The position numbers and the translations under genes are program-made. From NCBI GenBank assembly GCA_034520945.1, contig JAXHNB010000006.1, forward strand, positions 128,001-192,000: a DNA stretch of 64,000 nucleotides, written 5' to 3'. Under the pieces are notes generated by a model. The model did no database searches. It saw only the letters and a list, made by a program, of their open reading frames with translations, and was not told the DNA's origin. The first letter of the stretch is position 1. Each line of letters opens with the position of its first letter. Source of the stretch: Trueperaceae bacterium. Its GTDB lineage: Bacteria > Deinococcota > Deinococci > Deinococcales > Trueperaceae. Shown one piece after another: positions 49,101 through 56,550 of this stretch.

Positions 49101-50915
49101 TTGCTGGAGGCGTTGGCGCAGGCGGCGGCCGCCACCCTGGTGCGCTTGGCGCTTCTGGAGCGCAGCCGGCAGCAGACCGTGCAGTACCGCGCCCTCTGGG
49201 ACGAGGCGCGACGGAGCGAGGAACGCTTCCGGCTGCTGGCCGAGCACATGACGGACACGGTGTGCCTGCACGACCGCCGCGGACGCTTCCTGTACGTCAG
49301 CCCATCCGTGGAGGGGCTGCTGGGGTACCCCCCGGGGGCGCTGCAGGGCCGCTACCCTCTGGCCATGGTGCACGACGAGGACGTACAGGCGCTTCGCGAC
49401 GGCCTGGTACGGCCCCTGGCGCAGGGACGGGCCGCCCGGAGCGTCACCTTTCGCGCGCGGCACAATGATGGGCACTACGTCTGGCTGGAGACCGGCGCCC
49501 AACCGATCCGCGACGACGAGGAACGCATCACCCGCCACGTCAGCACCTCGCGTGACGTCACCGAACGCAAGCGGATCGAGGCCCGCCTGGTGCACGGCGC
49601 CCTGTACGACGCCCTCACCGGACTTCCGAACCGGGCGCTGCTGATGGACCGGTTGCAGCATGCCCAGGACCGGGCCCACCGCCAGGGCGGCCGTTTCGCG
49701 GTGATGTTCCTGGACCTGGACCGGTTCAAGCACGTGAACGACAGCCTCGGGCACGGCGTTGGCGACGAGATGCTCGCCTCGGTGGCGACACGCCTGTCCA
49801 GCTGCGTGCGCACCTCGGACACGGTCGCGCGCCTCGGCGGCGACGAATTCTGCGTGCTGCTGGAGGAGGTCGACGACGAGGACACGGTGCTGCGGACGGC
49901 CGAACGCATCCAGGCGTCGGTGTCGCGCCCGTTCGACCTCGCCGACACGCAGCTGTTCACCAGCGCAAGCATCGGCATCGCCTTCTCGCACCCGGACTAC
50001 GCCGATCCCGATGAGCTGCTCCGCGACGCCGACACCGCCATGTACCGCGCCAAGGCGGAGGGCAAGGCCCGGCACGCCGTGTTCGACGCCGGCATGCACG
50101 AACAGGCGAAGCACCGCCTGGCGCTGGATACCTCGTTGCACCACGCCATCGAGAACGACGCGCTTTCGCTCGCGTTCCAACCGATCCTGCGCCTGAGCGA
50201 TGCGACCGTGATCGGCGTGGAGGCGCTGGTCCGCTGGACCGATCCGGAGCGCGGCGAGATCCCTCCCGACGAGTTCGTGAAGGCGGCCGAGGAGAGCGGT
50301 GCGATCCTGGAGCTGGATCGCTGGGTCCTGGACCGAGCCTGCAGGCAGATGCGGACGTGGCAGGAGACCTTCCCGCGCGCCCGAGATTGGTCGATCAGCG
50401 TCAATCTGTCGCCGCGGCACTTCACCGTCGCCGAGCCCGCCAAGCGGATCCTGGAGCGGGTGCGCGCCACCGGCCTCGACCCCGCCCACCTGCGGATCGA
50501 GCTGACCGAACGCGCCCTCCTGAACGGCGGCCAGGCGGTGATGGAGGCCTTGGCGGAGCTTCGCGCGCACGGCGTGACGATCGGGATCGACGACTTCGGC
50601 ACCGGCTACAGTTCGCTGGCGCACCTGCAGCGCCTGCCGCTGGACGCCCTCAAAGTGGACGGTTCGTTCGTGCAGGGGTTGCGCGGTCCGCCGCAACAGC
50701 GGCAGATGGTCAGCACCATCGTGGCGCTGGCCCAGGGCCTCGGCATCGAGACCGTCGCGGAGGGGGTCGAGGAGCAGCTGCAGTGGGACGCGCTGCGGGG
50801 CCTGGGCTGCACCTACGGCCAGGGGCACCTGTGGTCGCGGGCCATGCCAGCAGGCGCGTTCGCCGGCCGCTACCTCTCCACCCCGGCCGACGTCCCGCCC
50901 GACGTGCGAAACTGA
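46188..50915 (+). CDS. Large 7TM-PAS-multi-GAF-PAS GGDEF-EAL protein
   Basis: N-terminal 7TM-like region; YDALTGLPNR, RTSD I-site, RLGGDEF, EALVRW, DDFGTGYSSL and AEGVE motifs; 1575 aa. Confidence 0.92.
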   Translation: MLPQDVPFWHWLPALLGGVAMLPAAWFAWRSPSEGGRRAAAFFLAASVWCLAAAAENLGGDVAAHLRWARFGMLGVAFAAPAWALFALRFAGVRLNAWLEGAMLLPAAVTVLLAWSEAGVAWIWSEIRLAEGVPYADAVFVPGPWLGRAFLPYAAVMVAAGVSVLAWRWIRGDEAQTWRYPALMAASAVPVVTAMVHFRAGGGPAAFDATPVAVAAAGVAMAWLVLDRRRFDTLPLAHRLVFDSRPDADLVLDRTGRILDLNPAAERLLGVTLRRVRGRPLARVASYLAAAVPSGAQGEVRDPRTGRRLQVETRRLRRGGAELWTVQDVTERVREREALQRRGLLLEAVDALVAHDAPAPDAATSEPSTPQEGAEGGDALTRTMARIGRALDLDAVRLIVDEGGGEAFTLRAAWQRHGAAPAGRQAYEDAGLIPVRDAIRRGKTTMILPAPSDAHRRAVTLRLGGEAWGALILDGGDPERLDDLRDALDNTARSLAGWLQHERAQRERRRSDRFRAGLLELTRTLLLGRVGEDGYRLAVRHAARAIPGAEAGALFVRRHGHDRFECVASLGRPLGNEARAAQSWSDLGAEVGAGVRTLSGADASDVGPGVRAALLAPVMLDGRAEALLRLESLSRADAFGAREVAMVEAFAAQVGAVLRRLEQQAESERAAAAQRLLADVERLLLTSDDLGVFVPVLARRVLGAKLWPLERLAVLAVRPDGTVDPRVHGPEGRDLALEAEARTAPVRVEALAEVLGTDGPSVARGRGVGPPGLARVPWARAAATFPLRLAGEPWGALTWLSSRADAFGEPTLAWLGQVTSALEMALLRQRDRRRTERQLARLRALVDTGEALRTCTRRADVVKRVLATLREVTGADHCALTLADEAHGGLHVAGEMHRDERSARATGEDGANTRRVRRVLSEDDTVTWAGSDADAGAWMGTPLRNADGNPVGVLHASRGAPGGPFEPDEVGLLEALAQAAAATLVRLALLERSRQQTVQYRALWDEARRSEERFRLLAEHMTDTVCLHDRRGRFLYVSPSVEGLLGYPPGALQGRYPLAMVHDEDVQALRDGLVRPLAQGRAARSVTFRARHNDGHYVWLETGAQPIRDDEERITRHVSTSRDVTERKRIEARLVHGALYDALTGLPNRALLMDRLQHAQDRAHRQGGRFAVMFLDLDRFKHVNDSLGHGVGDEMLASVATRLSSCVRTSDTVARLGGDEFCVLLEEVDDEDTVLRTAERIQASVSRPFDLADTQLFTSASIGIAFSHPDYADPDELLRDADTAMYRAKAEGKARHAVFDAGMHEQAKHRLALDTSLHHAIENDALSLAFQPILRLSDATVIGVEALVRWTDPERGEIPPDEFVKAAEESGAILELDRWVLDRACRQMRTWQETFPRARDWSISVNLSPRHFTVAEPAKRILERVRATGLDPAHLRIELTERALLNGGQAVMEALAELRAHGVTIGIDDFGTGYSSLAHLQRLPLDALKVDGSFVQGLRGPPQQRQMVSTIVALAQGLGIETVAEGVEEQLQWDALRGLGCTYGQGHLWSRAMPAGAFAGRYLSTPADVPPDVRN

Positions 50916-50919
50916 CGCC

Positions 50920-52410
50920 ATGCGCTCGCAAGACGCCCCTCTCCGGGTCGCACACGTCGCGATCCTACGCCCCGCCTTTCGAGGGGACGCGCCCGCCGCC
51001 GTGCGCCGCGCGCAGGAGGGCCTCGCCGCCTGGGCGCCACGGTTGGGCGTCCAGGTCGCGTCGGTCACGGTAGGAAGCCAGGTCCGCCACGGCGCCACCG
51101 GCGCGCAGGTTCCCGAGGGAACCGTGAGCGACGCCGAGGACGCCCGTCGCGCCGCGGCGCGCATCGAGGCGGATCCGCCCGACCTGTTGCTGATCCAGCA
51201 CGCCACCTTCGCGACCGGCGATCTGCTGGCCCCCTTGTTGCGCGCCGCGCCGCGCGTGGCGGTGTGGGCGACGCCCGAAGGGGCGGCGGGCGAGGGACCG
51301 CTGCCGTTCAACGCGCTGTGCGGGCTGCAGATGACGCTGTCCATGCTGGGCGTGCCCGAGGTGGATCGTGGCGAGGCTCCGGTCAAGTGGCTGTACGGCG
51401 ACGTGCACGAAGACCGGTTCCGGGAGGCCTTCGCGACCACGTTGGCGGCGCTGCGCGGGGTCCGCGCCCTGTCGCGGGCGCGCATCCTCGCCATCGGCGG
51501 GACGGCGCCGGCCTTCTACGCGCTGGAGGAGCGCCCCGACGCCCTGTCCGGCGTCACGGTGACGCCCTGCGAGCTGCGCGATCTGTTCGATCGCGTCGAG
51601 GCCGTCCCCGAGCGCGAGGCGCGGGCGCGCGCGACCGACTGGGCGGACCGGCACGCGCTGGAGGTGGACGACGCGACCCTGCTTCGCGGCGCCCGCATCG
51701 AGCGGGCCCTGGCCGCCCTCGGGGAGGAGGCCGGCGCCGACGCGCTGGCGGTCCGCTGCTGGCCCGAGCTTCCCGACGCCTGCGGCGCCATGGCCTGCGC
51801 CGGGATGGGCACCCGCGCGGGCGAGGGCATGCCGGCCGCCTGCGAGGGCGACGTGATGGGGGCGTTGTCGATGCTGGCGTTGCAGGGCGTGGCCGCGGAA
51901 GCCGCCATCCTGATGGACGTCTCCGACCTGAGCGAGGCCGATGATGCGCTACTCCTGTGGCATTGCGGCAACGCCCCCCTGGCCTGGGCCGACCCCGAGG
52001 GGCCCCGGCCGCGGCTCACCACGCACTTCAACCGCACCGACGACGGACCGATACGCGACATGGCGCTGGCGCCCGGACCGGCCACCGCGTTGCGCCTGCT
52101 GTCCGGCGGGCGCGAGGCGTTGATCGCCTCGGGGCGCATCCGGCGCCTGGACCGCAGCGGCTACGACGGCGTGCGCGGGTGGTGGTCCGACCTCGCCTGG
52201 CACGGCGCGTCGCTCAGCGCCGAGCGGTTCCTGGCCGAGATGCTGCACCAGCGCGTGCCCCACCACCTGGCGGCCGTGGCGGGGGCGTGCGCACCGGCGT
52301 TGGCCGAAATGGCGGGATGGCTGGGCATCGCGCCGCGCACGGTGCAGGCGCGTCCGTTTCCCGGCGCGCTCCACGGCGGAGGTGCGCCCGCCCCACGGGG
52401 GCCGGCATGA
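50920..52410 (+). CDS. L-fucose/L-arabinose isomerase family protein
   Basis: FNALCG, VRCWPE, ACEGDVMGALSML (Glu/Asp metal ligands), LWHCG and C-terminal PHH motifs. Confidence 0.85.
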   Translation: MRSQDAPLRVAHVAILRPAFRGDAPAAVRRAQEGLAAWAPRLGVQVASVTVGSQVRHGATGAQVPEGTVSDAEDARRAAARIEADPPDLLLIQHATFATGDLLAPLLRAAPRVAVWATPEGAAGEGPLPFNALCGLQMTLSMLGVPEVDRGEAPVKWLYGDVHEDRFREAFATTLAALRGVRALSRARILAIGGTAPAFYALEERPDALSGVTVTPCELRDLFDRVEAVPEREARARATDWADRHALEVDDATLLRGARIERALAALGEEAGADALAVRCWPELPDACGAMACAGMGTRAGEGMPAACEGDVMGALSMLALQGVAAEAAILMDVSDLSEADDALLLWHCGNAPLAWADPEGPRPRLTTHFNRTDDGPIRDMALAPGPATALRLLSGGREALIASGRIRRLDRSGYDGVRGWWSDLAWHGASLSAERFLAEMLHQRVPHHLAAVAGACAPALAEMAGWLGIAPRTVQARPFPGALHGGGAPAPRGPA

Positions 52411-53387
52411 GGCGCGCCCCGCGGGTGCTGTGCGTCGGGCTCAGCTGCCTCGACATGGTGTGGGAGGTGGCGCACTTCCCGCCGCGCGCCTCGCGCACGC
52501 CCGCCCGGACGCACGCCCGCCGCGGCGGTGGGCCCGCCGCCACCGCGGCGGTGGCGGCCGCCCGCTACGGGGCGGAGGTCGCGCTGTGGGCGGTCCACGG
52601 CGATGACGAGGCCGGGCCCGAGTTGGATCACGCCCTGCGCGCCGAGGCGGTCGACACCCGGTGGGTGCGGGTCCCGCCGGGCGCGCGCAGTTTCGTCAGC
52701 GCCGTGCTGGTCGCACCGGACGGCGAGCGGTGGATCTTCCCCTACCGCGGAGAGGGACTCAATGATGATCCCGACTGGTGGCCGCTGCCGCAGGTGGCGG
52801 AGGTGGACGCGCTCCTCACCGACCTGCGCCACCCGCGCTTGGCGCGCGCCGCGCTCCTTGCCGCGCGCGAGGCGAACGTGCCCACCGTCGTCGACCTGGG
52901 GCGGGCCGAGGACGCCACGGAGGCCATGACGGCCGATCACGTGGTGGCGGCGCGCGAGGCCGCCGAACGCATCGGGCGGGACGCGGCCGCCCCGCAGCCC
53001 CTGCTGACGCCGGAGGGCGCCCTGGACGTGGCGGCCGCCGCGGAGGCCCTGGCGCGCCTACGCACGCGACCGGCGCAGTGGGTCGCCATCACCCTGGGCG
53101 CCGCCGGCGTGATTTACGACGCAGGGGACGGCCCCCGGCACCTCCCGGCCCCCCGCGCCCAGGTCCACGACACCACCGGCGCCGGCGACGTGTTCCACGG
53201 CGTGTGGGCCGCGGCGGTCGCCAGCGGCGCGCCGGCGGACGTGGTGGCGCGTCACGCCAGCTACGCCGCGGCGGCGTCCTGCCAGGGCCCCGGCCGGTCG
53301 CGCATCCCAGGTGGCGACGAGGTGCGCCACGCAGTCGTGCCGGCACCGAGCGCGCTCGCCCCCGCCGACCCGAAAGGAGCCCCGTGA
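52407..53387 (+). CDS. PfkB-family sugar kinase (YihV/sulfofructose-kinase-like)
   Basis: GGGPAATAAVAAAR, GDD, DGER, TDLR and DTTGAGDVFHG motifs; ATGA overlap. Confidence 0.88.
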   Translation: MRRAPRVLCVGLSCLDMVWEVAHFPPRASRTPARTHARRGGGPAATAAVAAARYGAEVALWAVHGDDEAGPELDHALRAEAVDTRWVRVPPGARSFVSAVLVAPDGERWIFPYRGEGLNDDPDWWPLPQVAEVDALLTDLRHPRLARAALLAAREANVPTVVDLGRAEDATEAMTADHVVAAREAAERIGRDAAAPQPLLTPEGALDVAAAAEALARLRTRPAQWVAITLGAAGVIYDAGDGPRHLPAPRAQVHDTTGAGDVFHGVWAAAVASGAPADVVARHASYAAAASCQGPGRSRIPGGDEVRHAVVPAPSALAPADPKGAP

Positions 53388-54460
53388 CCCGACCCCTGTC
53401 CGCCGGAAAGCTGCGCGGCCTGGCCCGCATGGCCGGCCCCGACGGCCGCTTCCGCATGGTGGCGGTCGACCCGCGCCCGCCGTTGTTCGCCGCGCTGGCC
53501 CGCGCCCGCGGCGTGTCCGAGGACGCCCTCGACCATTTTGAGATCGCCGAAGCCAAGGCGCTGCTGGTGCGCACCCTGGCGGAGGACGCCAGCGCCATGC
53601 TTCTGGACCCCACCTGGGCGCATCCCGCCGCCCTGCTCGACCTGCCGGGCGCGACCGGCCTGCTGTCCACCCTGGAGTCGCACGCGTTCGAACGGGTCGA
53701 CGGCGAGCGCCGTTCCCGCCCCATCGAGGGCTGGAGTGTCGCGAAGGCGCGCCGCTGCGGCGCCGACGCCGTCAAGGTGCTGGTGTGGGACCGGCCCGAC
53801 GCCCATGAGGCCACGCGGGCGCACCAGGACGACTTCGTCCGCGCCGCCGGCGACGCCTGCCGCCGGCACGACCTTCCCTTCGTCCTCGAGATCCTGGAAT
53901 ACCCCCGCCCCGAGGAGGACCCCCGCGACCCGGCGTTCCTGGCCGGCAAGCCGGACCGGGTGACGGCGTCGCTGGCGCACTACGCCGATCCCGCCTTCGG
54001 CGTCGACCTGTTCAAGGTGCAACTCCCCGTCGACCTGGCGCACGTGGAGGGGTTCGATGGCGACCGCCTGGACGGCGCCACCGGCGAGCCGATCTGGCGC
54101 GCCGAGGAGGCCCGCGCCTGGGTCGCCCGCATGGACGAGCTCTCGCCCGTGCCGTGGGTGCTGCTGTCGGCCGGCGTGGGGCCCCGCACCTTCGAGGCCG
54201 GACTGCGCCTGGCGCTGGAGGCGGGCGCCAGCGGGTTCCTGGCGGGCCGGGCCGTGTGGCTGGACGCCCTGGCGGCTTGGCCCGACCGCGACGCGGTGAC
54301 GGCGGCGCTGCGCGCCGGCTCGGGCCCGTACCTTCGGTCCATCGGCGTCCTGGCCGAAGCCGGCGTCCCCTGGTTCGATCATCCCCGCTTCGGTGGCGAC
54401 CCCCGGCTGGCCGACGCGGGGCCCGGTTGGGCGCAGGCGTACGGGGAGGACCCCGGGTGA
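53384..54460 (+). CDS. Class I ketose-phosphate aldolase (LacD/YihT family)
   Basis: FRMVAVDPRPP, ADAVKVL, DLFKV, WVLLSAGV and GASGFLAGRAVW motifs; GTGA overlap. Confidence 0.88.
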   Translation: MTRPLSAGKLRGLARMAGPDGRFRMVAVDPRPPLFAALARARGVSEDALDHFEIAEAKALLVRTLAEDASAMLLDPTWAHPAALLDLPGATGLLSTLESHAFERVDGERRSRPIEGWSVAKARRCGADAVKVLVWDRPDAHEATRAHQDDFVRAAGDACRRHDLPFVLEILEYPRPEEDPRDPAFLAGKPDRVTASLAHYADPAFGVDLFKVQLPVDLAHVEGFDGDRLDGATGEPIWRAEEARAWVARMDELSPVPWVLLSAGVGPRTFEAGLRLALEAGASGFLAGRAVWLDALAAWPDRDAVTAALRAGSGPYLRSIGVLAEAGVPWFDHPRFGGDPRLADAGPGWAQAYGEDPG

Positions 54461-55500
54461 GCGGCACGCGGGGCGTGGCGATCGTCGGCGCGGGCGACAT
54501 GGGCGCCAAGCACGCCCTGCACTGGGCCGCCACGGGTGCCGAGATCCGGGCCGTGTACGATCCCGAAGCCCAGCGGGCGCAGGCGTTGGCCGCGCGGACG
54601 GGCGCACGGGTGGCGGACAGCGCCGAGACCGCCCTGCAGACGCCCGGCGTGGAGGTGGCGTCCATCTGCACGCCGACCTCGCTGCACGCGCCGCTCACCA
54701 TCGCGGCGCTGGAGGCGGGCCGCGACGTGCTGTGCGAGAAGCCCGTCGCCCTGACCCTCGCCGACGCCGAGGCGATGGCGGCCGCCGAACGGCGCGCGGG
54801 GCGCCGCCTGCGCATCGGCTTCATGCGGCGCTTCGACCCGCTGTGGCGCCGGGTGGAGGCGTTCCGCGACGAGCTCGCAGATCCCCTGCTGGCGCAGGCC
54901 ACGCTGGCGGCGGGCGTTCGGCCCAAGACGCTGATGCACGACGCGCGCGTCAACGGCGGGCCGGTGATCGACATGGCCTGCCACCTGTTCGACCGCTGGG
55001 AGCGGTTGTTCGGCGGGCCGCCCCTCGAGGTCGCCGCGCACGGCCACACCTTCGGCGCGGACCGCGCCGAGCTGGCCACCGTCGCCCACAAGGCGCTCGA
55101 CACCGTTCAGGTGACGCTGCGCTACCCGCGGGGCGGCGTGGGGCAGTTCCAACTGTCGTGGGGCCTTCCGCGCGGCGTGCCGCACCATGAGCGGCACACC
55201 TACCTGGCGCCGGGCGGCATGATCGAGGTGGACGGCGCCACGGCGACGTGGATCACCGGCGACGGTCCGCTGCGGTGGGGCCCGGGGCACGAGGATCCCT
55301 GGGGCTTGCAGATTCAGGCGTTCGCGCGCGAACTCGACGGCGCCGGCCCGCAAGGATTGGCGGACGTGGAGGACGGCATTCGGGCGCTCCGCGCATCGCT
55401 GGCGGTGCTGGCCGCGGCGGCGTCCGGCCGGCCCGTGGCGCCCGACGCCCCCGACCTCGACGCCGCCACCGCGCCGGCCGCCGCGGGGGGAACGCCGTGA
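54457..55500 (+). CDS. Gfo/Idh/MocA oxidoreductase
   Basis: GAGDMG, CEKP, GFMRRFDP and NGGPVIDMACH motifs; GTGA overlap. Confidence 0.9.
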   Translation: MSGTRGVAIVGAGDMGAKHALHWAATGAEIRAVYDPEAQRAQALAARTGARVADSAETALQTPGVEVASICTPTSLHAPLTIAALEAGRDVLCEKPVALTLADAEAMAAAERRAGRRLRIGFMRRFDPLWRRVEAFRDELADPLLAQATLAAGVRPKTLMHDARVNGGPVIDMACHLFDRWERLFGGPPLEVAAHGHTFGADRAELATVAHKALDTVQVTLRYPRGGVGQFQLSWGLPRGVPHHERHTYLAPGGMIEVDGATATWITGDGPLRWGPGHEDPWGLQIQAFARELDGAGPQGLADVEDGIRALRASLAVLAAAASGRPVAPDAPDLDAATAPAAAGGTP

Positions 55501-56513
55501 ACGCGGCGCGGGTCGCCCTGATCGGCGCGGGACGCTGGGCCCGAGCGCACCGCGACGCGCTGCACGCCCTGGGGATGGCGCCCGCCGCCGTGCTCACCTC
55601 GCGGCCGGAGACGGCGGCGCGCGTCCGGGACGAATGGGACGCCTTCGCCACGCACGAGCTGGACGCCTTCCTGGACGTGCCCAGCGACGCCGTGATCATC
55701 GCCAGCCCCAACCACCTGCACGTGCCGCACGCCCTGGCGTGCTTGCACGCGGATCGGCACGTGCTGGTCGAAAAGCCGCTGGCGCTGGATTTGGCCGGCG
55801 CGGACGAGGTGCGCGCCGCCGCGCAGGCCGCCGGCCGGGTGCTGGCCGTCGGGCACGAGATGCGCGTGTTCTCGCTGGCGGAGGAGGCCCGCCGCGTGCT
55901 GCACGAAGGTTGGCTGGGCGCGCCACGGCAGCTGGGCCTCGACCTGTGGCGCCGGCCGTACCGCGGGGGCGCCAGCGGCTGGAAGGCCGACCCCGCCAAG
56001 GTCGGCAGCACCATCCTGGAGGAGCCGATCCACTACCTGGACCTGGCGCGCTGGCTGCTGGGCGACCCGTCCTGGCTGCACGCGTTCGCGACCAGCCGCG
56101 CGGGGCACGAGGGGACGTACGAGAACCTGAGCGTGCACCTGGGGTTCGGCGCGGAGGTGCAGGCCGCCGTCACCCGCTCGATCGCGGCCTGGGGGCACGA
56201 GGTGGACCTGCGCCTGGTCGGAGACGAGGGCACCTTCCGGGCGGTGTGGCGCGGGCGGATGGACGCGGACGACGCCCCGGAGGTGCGCGCCTGGCTGCAC
56301 GACCCGGGCGACCGGGACGCACTGCCGGCCCCGCATCCGATTCGGGAGGCCAGCGGGCACGCCTTCGACCTGCCGCGGCAGATGGCGGCCTTCCTGGCGG
56401 CCGTGGCGGGCGAGGGACCGCCGCCCGCGGACGGCCGCGACGGACGCGAGGCGGTGCGGTTGTGCCTGGAGGCTGAACGCTCGGTACGCGAGGGACGCCT
56501 GGAGCTGGCGTAG
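55497..56513 (+). CDS. Gfo/Idh/MocA oxidoreductase
   Basis: GAGRWA, VEKP, VGHEMR and GSTILEEPIHYLDL motifs; GTGA overlap. Confidence 0.9.
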   Translation: MNAARVALIGAGRWARAHRDALHALGMAPAAVLTSRPETAARVRDEWDAFATHELDAFLDVPSDAVIIASPNHLHVPHALACLHADRHVLVEKPLALDLAGADEVRAAAQAAGRVLAVGHEMRVFSLAEEARRVLHEGWLGAPRQLGLDLWRRPYRGGASGWKADPAKVGSTILEEPIHYLDLARWLLGDPSWLHAFATSRAGHEGTYENLSVHLGFGAEVQAAVTRSIAAWGHEVDLRLVGDEGTFRAVWRGRMDADDAPEVRAWLHDPGDRDALPAPHPIREASGHAFDLPRQMAAFLAAVAGEGPPPADGRDGREAVRLCLEAERSVREGRLELA

Positions 56514-56550
56514 GCTTCGCGGCGCGGCCCACGCCGGGCGCCGGCCCGCC

